This document shows, one piece after another, positions 13,958 through 28,689 of a stretch of DNA of 64,000 nucleotides. The translations under genes and the position numbers were made by a program. A model generated the notes under the pieces. It did not search any database. It had not been told where the DNA came from and worked only from the letters and a program-made list of their open reading frames with translations. The DNA is taken from assembly GCF_009914755.1 (NCBI RefSeq), contig NC_060940.1. One strand, 5' to 3'. Position 1 is the first letter of the stretch. Each line of letters starts with the position of its first letter. The stretch is from the human T2T-CHM13v2.0 reference genome, Homo sapiens.

Positions 13958-15389
13958 GGACTAGCATTCTCATTGAGTGATCTCCAATTTCTGATACACA
14001 GGAGACTTCTCTTTCAGTTATTTACATGGTCTTTTTCTTTTCCTGACAATAGGGCTTTGTGTTATATTCTAGTGTTTATAAAAATGCCAGGGTCTCACAA
14101 CAGTGATCAGTGAATATCGCTCTTCACTGTTTTGTCTATGATAAATTTTTAGCATGAGAGTCTAGGTCAGTCATAAGAGGCTCTAGGATGGATTTTTCTG
14201 CCTTGACATGCCCCACTCTTGGAAGAACATCTAATTTTATTGTTGAAGTGATGATCACAAAAGCCAATCAGCACTGCGAACTTTATGTGGCATTGAACTT
14301 GAGCTCCATTTTAAGGCAGGTCCAATCCCTTTGCTGAAAAAAGGTTAACACTCCTGGTCAAAAGGAAGAAAGTATAGGCCGAGAAGAAACCATATGTGGA
14401 ATACTTTTATCATGAAATATTTGTATTAGAAGACAGTGGTTAAGTCCAGAATGATATGGTTGAGTTATACCTTCCATGGCCTGTCAATCAGTGGAAACTA
14501 AAATGTTCTTTCTGGTCGATCTCTTCTTACAACACCATAAGGCACCCTTGATCAACAGTATATCACTTTCATACTGATACTCACTGGTGCATGATTGGAG
14601 AGTGATAGAGACAGTTCAGATAAGGTTCCTGTCGACAATTTTCCTTAAATCTCTTTGACATAAATGTCCCAAAAATTATTTCTGGGAAGCCTTTTGTTGC
14701 AAACAGCTGACAGAGAGTTTCAGTTATGGCAGTAGGAATTTAAAATAGGTTTAGGATTCCTTTGAGCATTTTGAGACGCAACTACTACAATCCAGAAACC
14801 CACATGGCATATGGATTCTGTGAAGTCTTTTGGTATCTTGACTGTTCCACCAAAGGGTGTTTCAATAGGTTAAGTTAAATAACTCTCATATTTTATTTTA
14901 CTCCTAATATCAAATAAGTTGTTGGTCATCACGTAGCTTCCAGCCTAGCTAGTGTTTCTATGCAAATAGTTCTTAGATACTATCATATTATGATGGTAAA
15001 GATAATGTAATATCAGTTTCCTGGAATATAAAAGTGATTTTTTTCCATAAAGGGCATTTTACAATGGATCATTAATTCATTTTATGAGGACCTTAATGTT
15101 TTGAGCACTGTAAAGAAATAAAGTATCAACCTACTGGGGCCAAAACTGATTCAGCAAAGAATTTAATCACCTACAGAACATCCTCTTATAAGGTATTACA
15201 CATCCTTACAGCTTGGATCAAATAAACACTGTGGAGTTTTTATTGGTAGAAGCAGCACCCAAATATTACACATGAAAGAGCCTGGGATGCCAAACCCAAT
15301 CCATGGGCCATCTGTGGTCAAGTAAGCTTATTGGTCTAAGACAGAAGACTCTCATAGTTGGCCAAATGAGATTTGTATTTACTTTACTT

Positions 15390-15403
15390 TAATTTATATT
15401 TGT

Positions 15404-15442
<39 letters not shown>

Positions 15443-15728
15443 TGTTGAGACAGAGTCTTGCTCTGTCACCTACGCTGGAGTGCAGTGGTGCGATCTCTGC
15501 TCACTGCAGGCTCCGCCCCCCGGGGTTCATGCCATTCTCCTGCCTCAGCCTCCCAAGTAGCTGGGACTACAGGTGCCCGCCACCTCACCTGGCTAATTTT
15601 TTGTATTTTTAGTAGAGACGGGGTTTCACTGTGTTAGCCAGGATGGTCTCGATCTCCTGACCTCGTGATCCACCCTCCTCGGCCTCCCAAAGCGCTGGGA
15701 TTACAGGCGTGAGCCACCACGCCCGGCC
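15390..15728 (-). mobile_element. AluY with (ATTT)n tail, inserted in the tail of the adjacent AluJ
   Basis: gggttcatgccattctcc and gttagccaggatggtctcgatctcctgacctcgtgatcc diagnostics. Confidence 0.93.
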
Positions 15729-15730
15729 AC

Positions 15731-16008
15731 TTTATTTTTTTGAAACAGAGTTTTGCTCTGTCACCCAGGCTGGAGTGCAGTGGCGTGATCATGGCTCATT
15801 GCAGCCTCAACCTCCCCAGGCTCAGGGGATCCTCCCACTTCAGCCTCTGGAATAACCGGGACTATAGGCAGCTAATTTTTGTATTTTTTGTATAGATGTG
15901 GTTTCACCATGTTGCCCTAGCTGGTCTAGAACTCCTGGGCCCAAAATATCTGCCTACCTTGGCCTCTGAAAGTGCTGGGATTATAGGTGTAAGCCACTGT
16001 GCCTGGCC
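15731..16008 (-). mobile_element. AluJ inserted into the Gypsy pol relic
   Basis: Antisense Alu; TSD-like tgtattta(c/a)ttt at 15374 and 16009. Confidence 0.9.
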
Positions 16009-16764
16009 TGTATTTAATTTTCATATTTATTTAATATTAAATAATCTTCTAATATTTTATTCCTTCAGATTTTATTCAAAACCAGAGACAATCTCATGGA
16101 GCTCCTTGTGTCATTAGATTCACCTTCCCGAGTAGGTCTCAATTGTCTTCCAGTCTATGAGTTTCCAATGAATATGGCATAATGGGAACTAGAACCTGCG
16201 TCTGTGGGTGGTGTGGAGACTATTGCTTCGATATGTTTTCCCATTCTTGTAACTGTCATTATGGTCTTAAACCCAGAGCTGTAATGAACAGTATGGGATT
16301 ATCCATAGATAAGAGTCCTAAAGACATTCTGATAGAGGCTTATAATCAGTACAAATTGTAATGGCCGTAGAAGGAGTTGTTCTGCAGATGGCTTTATTCT
16401 TGAGTACTCAGCACCATCTGGCACTTTGGGGCTGAGCCCAGCCCTACCACTACAAAAAACCATATTTGCAATATATTGGCACAAACATGCAAGTCAATGG
16501 CTCCTTGACATTTTGGACTTTTTATCGTATGGCAAGTCCAGCTGCAGAGCATGCCCTTTTCCAGTGGGCAGAGAAGTGGCTCAGTTGAGGTTGCCTTTTG
16601 TTGAAGAAAAGGTCACCTTAAGGAGTCTTAAAGCTTTAGCTTAAATTTTTGGAATTACACATGGCACTATGAACCACTTCTTCCAGGTCGAGAGAAATAC
16701 TTGTAGTCCTGATATTAACATCTAAGAATTTCACATGGAAAGATCTGCATTTATGTTAACACAC

Positions 16765-17005
16765 ACTGAGATAACTGACACAGTCAAACAACATGGACTT
16801 CTTCCAATCTGCTCTTAAAAACTTCCCACAGATTTCAGTGATCGTATATGCCCCACTGTACTGTGATTTTTTATTTTTCTTGCTTCTCTTTAGCCCACGG
16901 ACTGTGATGTTTTGGAAGGAAGAAGCTGCCTTTTTCATCTTTTTCTTCCCAGTATCTTGGACCTGGACTGGCATGTTTTAGATACCCAGTAAATTAACTG
17001 AATTA
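16765..17005 (+). mobile_element. L2 3' end inserted in the Gypsy RT
   Basis: ggactgtgatgttttggaagg..cccagtatcttggac..tggcatg..agtaaattaactgaatt. Confidence 0.55.
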
Positions 17006-17199
17006 ACCCTGAAATCTTTCTTTGTTTTTGTGTTTTATTAATCCCATTATTAGGAAGTAATTAGGAAGTATGGGTCCACCACTAGAATCCTAGAAATTAG
17101 GAACTTCAGGGACCAATAGCTATTTTGAACTCAAGAGGCTTAGTACCCCTTTATAGGTATCTGATCCTATAGACACTCTGTCTGATCATATAATCAGTC

Positions 17200-17395
17200 T
17201 ATTCCTGGGTGAGTGAGTGTGCAGATGTACTGGCTCCACTGTTTGCTAGCTGTGTGATATTAAACAAGTTATTTTGACTCTCAAAAACCTTACTTTTTGC
17301 ACCTATAAAATGAGGGCAATAATACTGGCTAACTCTGAGATGGTGGATTTTATTAAATGAAGCATTTAAAAATATGAGCAATACAACCAATAAAC
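17200..17395 (+). mobile_element. MIR inserted in the Gypsy RT
   Basis: ggctccactgtttgctagctgtgtgatattaaacaagttattt..cacctataaaatgagggcaataatac. Confidence 0.75.
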
Positions 17396-17501
17396 ATAAG
17401 TTATTTACTAAGTTTGGGCAAAAAGCACGGAGTCTTCCCTGTACTTCTACAGCATACATTTTATTCCCATAGGAATATTTTCTTCTTGGAAAATGGATAA
17501 C

Positions 17502-18049
17502 TGTCCTGATTATCTATTGCTGCATATGAACCACCCCCAAATTTAGTGAGTTAAAATAACAATTTATTCTTCTTTGTATAATAGTTATTATTTTTCACAG
17601 TTGTGTGGGTTACTTTGGCTTAGTTGGGTAGTTCTCATGTGTAGTCTCTGAAGCGGTTCTGCCTGGGTTTACTCTGCAGACAGACGATGCTATCAACTGG
17701 GAGCTGACCACTGGAGCTGTCACATGTGGCCACTCCATATGGCTTGGGATTCTTACAGCATGATGGTCTCAGGGACGCTGCCCCTTTACAAGCCAGCTGA
17801 TTTCCTAGAGGAAGCATTCCAAAAGACCCCGTGGAAACTGTAAGCCTTCCTGACCTAGTCTTGGAGGCTGTTCATGACCTAGCCTCAGACCTGCATCACT
17901 TCCACAGTATTCTATCAACCAAATATAAATCCCATGGCCAGTCCAGATTTGAAAGGAGGAAGCTATATTTGGGCATGAATACCAGGAGGCATGGTTCATT
18001 GCAGGGAAAAAGGAATGGAAAGAAGGCTGTCTTTGGAGACCAACTACCA
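17502..18049 (-). mobile_element. MLT1 (F/G/H-type) solo LTR inserted in the Gypsy RT
   Basis: tatctattgctgcatatgaaccacccccaaatttagtgagttaaaataac, the reverse complement of the MLT1 3' end. Confidence 0.75.
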
Positions 18050-19000
18050 AGGGAACTCAGCTCTTTTGGCAAAGAGACTTTGGAAATGAATGTGGTGGGG
18101 TATCTGTCTAATGATCGTCTACATTTAACAACTGTAATCAGCTCTAATCTTTCAATCATGGCTATTAATGGGTGCTGTTACATATACGGCAGCAGCCTGT
18201 GACATTGCATGCAGGATTCTCTTACTATCATGCAAGTCTTAGACTGCATTATCATTTGAAGAGCTGGGATTGCTTGATGCAAGGTGATCAGCTTTGACAC
18301 TGCTTGAACTTCATTTTAACGGGTTTTGAATGGCCTCTCTCATGTTGCCCCAGTCTCCTAAAGTTTGTACCCTGGATTCAACCTGAGACAGTAGACAATA
18401 TTTTGCTCCAGTGTAAACTTTATGTTGTAATTCTTGAGCATATTTGCAAATGAGTTAAAGTACTAATTTCTAACTGCTGAACAGGTAAGGCAGATTTTTC
18501 ACATGTTTGTTTTTTAAATCTCCCAAATAAATATATGTTTATTAAACAATAAAATAAAATAGAAGTATAAAAACAGAAAACCGTGTTGTCCCCTCCCTGG
18601 TTCACTATCATTCTCCCTAGATGTATCCATTTTTTAATGCCTTAGTATCTGTCCTCTAAGATCGTTGTTTATGCTTTTGCAAAGACACATTTATCGTTTT
18701 GTTGCTTATTAAACAAAATTGGGATCATGCATTCATTCAACTAGAAATTTATTTTTATTCATCCAGGGATTCTTTACTGAGTGCTAGTTTATCTGAAATT
18801 TTATTTTATTTTAAAACAACATATCTTGGCCAGTTTTCTATATTAGTCCTTGTAGTTGCTCTTATTCCTTTTAATTTCTGCTAGTGGTTATTCATGTAGC
18901 CATTTCTTTAATGATGTTCATGAAAAGCATTTCCATTTTTATATCTTACAGAGTCTGGTAGTGATCATTTGTGAACATGAATCTTTGAGCACACACACAC

Positions 19001-20127
<1,127 letters not shown>

Positions 20128-20731
20128 TCAAAGCCTGGATATTGTATTTCTTTCTTTCATTCTCTTTGTCTTTCTCATTCTCTCTCTTCATTTTTGCCAA
20201 TCTGGAGGCTGAAAAATGCTATCTCACTGTTTTATTTGTCCTTTCGAATAAGTTTATTCTTATAAATTTAATGCACATTTATTTGTTCCTCTTTTTCTCT
20301 GCATTATCTATTCGGACCTTTACTCATTTTTCTATTGGGTTGTTTGTCTTTGTGTTAGGGTCCCTGTTTTGCTCTTATTATGTTACTGTTCGTATTTGGA
20401 GTTGTCCCCTGCAAGGAACAAAGAGCTGGATTAACAGTGACTTAAACAAATAAGGATTTATTTTTCTTCCACAATGAGAAGCCTAGAGGTAGGAGGCTGT
20501 TGGCATTTGCTCTGTAGCTCAGGCTTGTCAGCAGTGCGGTCTCTTTCTTGGCTTTTTCCTCTTGATCGTAAAGTAGCAGTGCCAGTGGCATCTGTCCTTT
20601 TTATCAGAAAGCTAAAGCATTCCCAGAAGCTGCAAGGAAGTTTATGCCTAGAATGGAGGTAGGAAAAGTCAAAATAAATTGGTGAGGAGTTTTGAGTTGA
20701 CTAACCAGCAGTTCCTGCAATTTTGGTATTA

Positions 20732-21070
<339 letters not shown>

Positions 21071-22539
21071 TTATATTTGTTTATAATTTGAGTGTTCATT
21101 CTTTCTATAACAGAAAATTAAAAAAATTTTCTAATATAGCCATAGTTTTGATTATATATATCTATATTTTTAATCAATCTATAATTTATTTTTATATGCA
21201 GTCTGATGTGGGAAAATACTTCTCATTCCCCCAACAGTGGAGATGAAGTTTTCTCAATACCGTCGTCAAGTTTTCCGCATGTGCACTGCATGATCTGTTT
21301 TGGTACTATCTGTTGTGTTCCACTCATTCATCTCTGTACTGGAATCCTATTCTTTTAATTACTACAGCTTCTTATATAGTCTAATGCTAATGTCTAAAAC
21401 AGCACATACACTTCCTATTTTGCTCTCCCATCAACACGAGTTTTTTTTTTTTTTTGACTCTTTTTTTCACATTTACAGGTAAATTTTACAGGCAGTTTAT
21501 TAGCTTTCTTTAAAACATCATATTGGAATTCTTAGCAGGATTACATTGAGACAGTAGATTAATGTATGATGTTTCAGTCAAGGAACATGGCATGTCTTTT
21601 AACTTATTTATTGTTAAATGTACTTTAGTAAGTGTGTGTAGTTTTTCTTCCATCCTATACATTTTTGTTAGGTTTATAACTAGATATTTTATATTGTACC
21701 TGGTTCATAATTGGGATCCCCCCCATATAAATTGTTATTAATGCTTAGGAGAACTATTGATTTTTGTCTGCAGTCAGCCACCTTAAATTATTTTGCTATT
21801 AATTTCAAAAATTAAGTTGAGTTTAGTAGTTTTTGTTGGGTCAAGAATGATAACACATGCAAATAGTGACAGTTTGTGACTTTCTTTACAATTTAACTCC
21901 CTTCAGTTTTGTTTGTTTTTGACTTGGTGCAATGTCTAGAATATCTAAGACAATGTTGAATGTTAACCGTGATAATCAACTTTTTAATCTAATTCTTTAT
22001 TTTAATTGAAATGCTTATAGTGTGTCACTCCTGAATATATAGTTGTAGTAGATTTTTGCTAATACTCTTTATCAGTTAATATAAAATCTGTTTCTAGATT
22101 GCTGTGAACTCTTCCTGGGAATTCAGGTAGCTCTTTGTCAAGATTTTAAACATTTATTAAGGTGAACATATAGGGTTTGTCCTCTTTTAAAAAAGAAGGT
22201 GGCTAATTTCAGAAATCCTAATGATGGATCATTATATCATTCCTGAGAAAATCCTATTTGGTTCTGTCGTTTCATTTGGTTAAGACATTGCTAAATTAAA
22301 ATTACTTATCTATTTGTTACAATTTTTGGTATTTATATTTATGTATTTAAATTATTCTTTTGAGGGTCTTTACTGCTGGTAAAATACAATTTGGTTTTTG
22401 TATCAGTTTTATGTTTGTCTTTGAGAATGATTTCAACAACTTTCTTTTTCAGTGTTCTAAAATAATCACAGTGAAGTACAGATTACATATTGTGAGAATG
22501 TCAGTAGAACTCATCCATAAAACTATATGGATCTGGTGA

Positions 22540-22866
<327 letters not shown>

Positions 22867-23927
22867 TAATTTTAAACGAAAAAATAATTTTTTTTTTTTG
22901 CTTTTTCTAAGCCCTTTTTGAGTTTACTTTGGTAATTTAAAAATCCTTAATAATGATCCATTTAATCTAGATGTTCAGATTTATTGATGTAAATTTATAT
23001 CTAGTATAAACCTCTCCCACATTTGTAGTTATGCCCTCTTCATCATTCTGAAGATTGTTATTTGTGCTCTCTTTATTTCTTGCCAGGTCTTACAGAAGTT
23101 TGTTTATTTTATTGCTCTTTTTACAGAGCTAGCTTTTAGTTTCATTGCTGCAAATTCCTATTTTTCTTTTGTTTTCTGTTTCATTTATTTCTGCTTTTAT
23201 CTTTATTCCTTCTCTTTTTTTTGTTTTACTTTCTTCAGTTTTTTTATTATGGTTTTCATGGTTCCTTTTCCAGCTTCCTGAGTTGAATGTTTAGTTCATT
23301 TATTTTCAGTCTTCCTTGTTTTCTAATACATTTAAAGTTGTAAATTTTCATCCAAGTACTGCTACATTCCATAATTTAGATATGTAGGGTTCCAGTTGTT
23401 CGTTTCTAAACAGGTTGTAATTTCGGTTTTGAATTTCTATTTAATCCATGAGTTATTTAAAAAACTGTTTTAAATTTCCAAATAGATGGTTTTGTGGTGG
23501 TGTTACTTATTTTTGGTTCTTGGCCATCTGTTTGTTAATAATGTCTACATTTACTGTGTTAATTCTTCTATGTAGCTTTAACATTTTTGACTTCTTTTTG
23601 AAATTTATTGAGATTCTGTTTATGGCCTAATAAAGACTGAAATTGTTGATAAATATATTTTTAAAGGATGTATATTTTCTGGGTACAAATATACATATAC
23701 ATGCAGACGTATTTATGTATATACATGTACGTGTATACATGAACATATCTGTGTCTAATCAGACTTGTTAACTGTCATCATTAAAATCCTTCTTTTGATT
23801 GGTGAATCTCTGAGCAAGAAATGTGTCACTTTTTCTTTGAAATTCTGAATCGTTTTGGTATATTTATTTTGAAGTCCTGTTATTTGATGAATAACTTTTC
23901 ATAACTTTCTTTAGCGCTTCTTTTTCT

Positions 23928-24232
23928 TACTTATTTTTATTTTTCAGACAGGGGCTCGGTCTATCACCTAGGCTAGTCACCTAGGCAGTCATGGCTCACT
24001 GCAGCCTCCACCTCCCAGGCTCAAGCCATCCTCCCGTCTTTGCACCTCAGCCTCTAGGGTAGCTGGCATTACAGGTGTGTGCTGCCACATCCAGCTAATA
24101 TTACGTATGTTTTTGTAGAGACGGGGTCTCACCATGTTGCCCAGGCTGGTCTTGAACTCCTGGGCTCAAGCAATTTGCCTGCCTTGGCCTCCCAATGTGC
24201 TGGAACTACAGGTGTGAGCCACCGTGCCTCAC
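23928..24232 (-). mobile_element. AluJ
   Basis: Diverged antisense Alu. Confidence 0.9.
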
Positions 24233-24407
24233 TTAGAGCTCCTTAATCTATCACATGTTTTATTAATAAAATATTCTCCTCTGTCTCTTATGACATCTGT
24301 CACCTTAATTCTATTTTTTTCTGATACTTATGTTGCTAATTTAATTTAATTTTATTCTCTTTTCAATCTTTTTGGATTACTTTGTTTTGTTTTATGTCGT
24401 ATAATGA

Positions 24408-24713
<306 letters not shown>

Positions 24714-25299
24714 CCTATTTTTTTAAACACTCACTTGTAGCATCAAATGTTTGAAAATTCTGTATGGGCTGGGAAAAAACCCCACATCCATCTCGACTGC
24801 CTTCAAAAACTCTACCCAGTCTTTAAGATGAAGTTGAAATAGCTAACCTCTTATGTGAAACTTTTCTAGAAATGCCTAGCCCCCCAAATAAGCATATTCT
24901 TCCCCTCTGTGTCTAAGTTACTTCATTACTTCTAAATTCTGGCTCTTAGCACATTGTATTGGAAGTATCTACTTAACTAATTTTTTCCTGGATTCATGGA
25001 AAAGAAAACAAAATTCAAATTTCTTTGCCTCCTATTCTCCAAGCTCCCACAGCTCTCCCCAAAACAATTGCTGCAGCTATTCTTGGTTCTGCAACTCCTT
25101 ACAGAGACTCCGGGGTCTCCAAGGTTATTCCTGCTGCATCTGGAAGGATTTCAAAGTTAAGAAAGAAAAGAGTGCTTCATACAAAGGCACAAAGACAGAA
25201 AAGCACTGCCCTTTTGCGGGGCTTTACTAGGTCGTTGTGTCTGGAAACTATTCTGTGTTAAGGAGGGAACAGGGAGTATGGTGGGAGAGGATGAAAAAG

Positions 25300-26327
25300 G
25301 AACAGATTTTCATTTGGAAACATTATTTTCATGCATAAGGCGATACTGTGTCTGTTGGCCCATTACAAAGTCTTTGAGACTCAACTTGGACCTTTTACCC
25401 AGTAATTTCCTATTTTACTTCCAGAGTTTAGTGGCTGGCAATTCTAAGCGGTTGGAGTCTTAAAGAGTGAAGCTTAATTTGGAGAAATCACTCAAGGAAA
25501 AGTTTTCCAATGAAACTGAGACATGGCCAAGCACTGTGGCACTGATAAATAAATAGTGCTGGACGTTCCCATGTTTCTGTCCCATCCTGTACTAGCACTG
25601 GGATTGACTGGACGTTTAGATTATATGTTTGTTTTTCCATGCAGATGGATGCCTGGCGGGTTGGTCACCATGCCCAAGCTGTTTCATTTTGTGTTTATTA
25701 TTTGCTCACCATTTCTGATTCCAGGGAGGACGGCATGTTGCAAGTGGCTGTCATCACTGTTTCCAGTCGTTCCCATCTCTATGAGCATTCCTTCTTATGT
25801 GATATTACAGAGCGGGCTCTTTGAGTAGAGCCTTCCATTTGCCCTCTGTCCATAGAGCCATCTTCCCAAGTCTTCATTGCATGCCCACTCCTGCCATTGC
25901 CTGATTTTCTTCCTAAATGATTTCCACTGCCATTACCTTTTTTGGTTACTCGAGACCACCCTTCAGCTCCACACACTGTCTGTCCCTGCACATTTTAGTG
26001 ACCAGAGGTAGTTGAAACTCAGCATTCTTTGGAAAGAAAGCTTTGGCAAAGCTGGTGCAGCACAGCTAGAGAACTTGGATATACAATCTTTGTTGCCTCA
26101 ATAGAGGGAAGTGGAGTCAGGTGGGTGAACTGTGGGGCAGGCGGGGGCATGTCAGGAACTAATAGCCTTGAAATACACTAGACATAGCAAACAACCGAGA
26201 ATTCATCCTAGGTTGACACTACTTCCAAAAGGCATCATTCTATTGTTCAATTTTGACGGTGTTACGGAATCTTTTCATGAGAAACGCCTAACGACACTTT
26301 CGAAAAGTTATTAATGGATCCTGCCAT
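25300..26327 (-). mobile_element. Ty3/Gypsy gag and protease relic (5' half of the same element)
   Basis: agcATGG at 26327 gives MAGSINNF; then CISRLLVPDMP (~LLRSLVAPEKP), PSIEATKIVY (~PSVIAERFKF), MCRDR-x-VCG at 25993-25968 (~MLRDRLVCG), KKVMAVE..GHAMKTWE (~KRLLAE..AQAMETAE), degenerate knuckles (C-HRDG..TCR..KQLGH..SICMEK), and a decayed protease DTGA-like site at ~25541-25498. Confidence 0.65.
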
Positions 26328-26334
26328 GCTATGA

Positions 26335-26550
26335 TAACAATGGCAGGTAGTTAAGGACTATGTGCTTCAGGTCCTGCCCTGTGCAATTTTATACACTTGC
26401 TCAGTAACAGAGGTATCATATGGGTTCTATACCATCTGATTTTATAGATGAGAAAGGTGACATATAGAGGAAGTAAAGGACCCATCCAAAACTGGGTGAG
26501 TAGGTAGTGGAGTTGAGATTTGAATCATGTCTCATTCCAATGCACTAAGG
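26335..26550 (-). mobile_element. MIR SINE
   Basis: gattttatagatgagaaaggtgacatatagaggaagtaa..gatttgaatc. Confidence 0.7.
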
Positions 26551-26707
26551 CTAGATGTCTCCAAATGAGAAAGTCAGCAGGGTCTCTCATGACAAATAGA
26601 GTCCTACTCTCTCTTAGTTTTACTTGTTTCTCTTGGAATAGCCTGTCCATCTCTTCTTTAATCCCCTTTCCAATCAAACTCCTTAAGTGCTTCTGAAAGT
26701 CTGGTTT

Positions 26708-26857
26708 TTATTTCTTTTTTAAAAAATTAATTTTAATTATTTTTAAGTTCTGGGGTACATGTGCAGGATGTGCAGGTTTGTTACATAGGTCAACGTGTGC
26801 CATGGTGGTTTGCTGTATCTGTTAACCCATCACCTAGGTATTAAGTCCAGCATGTAC
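26708..26857 (-). mobile_element. L1PA 3' end (short)
   Basis: ttaagttctggggtacatgtgcaggatgtgcaggtttgttacatagg. Confidence 0.88.
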
Positions 26858-27499
26858 CTGGCCATGCTTTGAGATTTAAATCCATTTCCCTAATTACTAG
26901 TAAACTTGACGTTCTTTTCAAATATTAGCTATTTATATTTCTTTATTCTGAATTTCATATGCACATTATTTCCCATTTTTTTTAAATGGGCAATCTTTTT
27001 TTTTTTCTTTTAAAAGCTCTTTATAAGAGCTCTCGATACATTCTGGATTTCAATCCTATTTCTGTCATATAGGATGGAAAAAATTTCTCCTAGATTGTTA
27101 CTTGTCTCTAGCTTCCTTTGCAGAATCTTTTGTCAAACAGAAGTTTTAAATTAATTACATGAAATCAAGCAGTATTTCCCTTGATTATTTTGTTTCATGC
27201 TTCATATTTCATCATTCTAAGATTATAAAGGTATTATCCTATATTCTTCTTTAATCATTTTGAATTTTTAACGTTGAAGTTTTTAATTCATCTCCAGTTT
27301 AATTTTGTGTGTGCAATGTGAAGGATGAATCTTGTACTATTTAAAAATTTCCAAATGTATACTCAGTTGTGTCAGCCCCAGTTTTTAAAGTTAGTTCCAC
27401 CAGTCTTCTCTGATTTTCTGTTTCTTAACAATTCCCTCCTGTCCTGCTCTTGCCTCAACACTTGTAAAATTACTTTAGCTGATTAACCTGTTTTCCCCA

Positions 27500-27722
27500 G
27501 CGTTATTATCAATGTATAGATCTTTCACCTCCTTGGTTAAATTCTACCTTAGTATTTTACCTTATAAAATGCTTTTGTAAATGAAATTGTTTTCTTAATT
27601 TCTTTTTAAGAGAGTTGTTCATGTAAAGAAATGCAACTGATTTTCGTATGTTTATTTCATATCCCGCAACTTTACTGTATTTTTTCATTAGTTCTGACAG
27701 ATTTTTGGTGAAATCTTTGTGA

Positions 27723-27756
<34 letters not shown>

Positions 27757-28530
27757 TCCTCTGCAAACAGAGACAATTTAACTTCTTTTTTTTCCAATTT
27801 GGATGCGTTTAATTTCTTTCTTTCTCTGGCATAATTTCTCTTGCTGGGATTTCTAGTATTATGCTGAATAAAAGTAGCAAGAGTGGCATCCTTATTTTGT
27901 TCCTGATTTTGGAGGGAAGGCTTTAAGCTTTTCACTGTTGAGTTTGAGGTTAGTTGTGTACTTGTCATATATGACCTTTAGTATGTGAAGGTACATTTCT
28001 TCTATACCTATATTGTTGAAAGTTTTTATCATGAAAGGATGTAGAGTTTTATGCAATGCTTTTTTCTGCCCTTGCATTTTGTTAATATGATGTATCACAT
28101 TTATTGATTTGCATACATTGAACCATCCCAGGGGTAAATCCCACTTCATCATGGTTTATAATTCTTTTAATTTGCTGCAGGAATTGGTTTGCTAGGATTT
28201 TTGCATTGATGTTCATTAGAAATATTGGCCTGTAATTTTCTTTTCTTGCAGTATTCTTGTCTGGCTTTTGTATCAGGGTGGTGCTAGTCTTGTAAAAATG
28301 AGTTTAGAAGTGTTCCCTCCTCTTCAAGTTCTTGAAAAAGTGTGAGAAGGATTTATGTTAATTCTTCTTGAAATGTTAGTAGAATTCACCAGTGTAGCTA
28401 ACTTATCATTGTTGAGAGGTATTTGATTACTGATTTGATCTCCCTATTTGATATTGGTCTATTGAGATTTTCTATTTCTTTATGATTCAGGCTTTGTAGG
28501 TTGTATGGATTTCTTTTTTGTCCATCTGTT
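27500..28530 (-). mobile_element. L1 ORF2 (RT region) fragment
   Basis: ORFs GWFNVCKSINVIHHIN..HPFMIKT..KLKAFP..SGT; EVKLSLFA; SKVAGYEINIRKSVAFLY. Confidence 0.93.
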
Positions 28531-28544
28531 TAGCCACTCCATGT

Positions 28545-28689
28545 CTTTTTTTTTTGAGACAGGGTCTTTGTTGCCAAGGTTGGAGTGCAGTGGCACAATG
28601 ATAGCTCACTGCAGTGGCATAATGATAGCTCACTGACTGAGCCTCCCGAGTAGCTGGGACGACAGGCACTTACCAACAAGCCTGGCTAC
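28545..28689 (-). mobile_element. Rearranged Alu fragment
   Basis: Right-arm piece with an internal duplication gcagtggca(c/t)aatgatagctcact, ending at cctggcta. Confidence 0.85.

Larger units (their letters stand above)
13960..18400 (-). mobile_element. Ty3/Gypsy pol relic (RT, RNase H, integrase), non-functional
   Basis: LDRYP..SLFAKRAE (~18110-18055); FHVKFLDVNIRTTSISLDLE (16740-16681); KATSTEPLLCPLEKGMLCSWT..VQNVKEPLTC (16597-16489); GRAGLSPKVPDGAE; ICTDYKPL (16356-16333); ILHYLYHHNM..AGSYV; LHRIH; FWIVVVAS; TAITETLCQLFATKGFPEIIFGTFMSKRFKENC (14733-14635); QYESDILLIKGAL. RT-RH-IN order. Confidence 0.85.

Noticed and set aside
14200-14584. Minus-strand GTGAGT at 14584-14579 as an intron donor in a spliced, domesticated integrase
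   Set aside because: Integrase-like residues (SEYQYESDILLIKGAL, similar to SNGQAERAVQTIKNAL) continue straight through it
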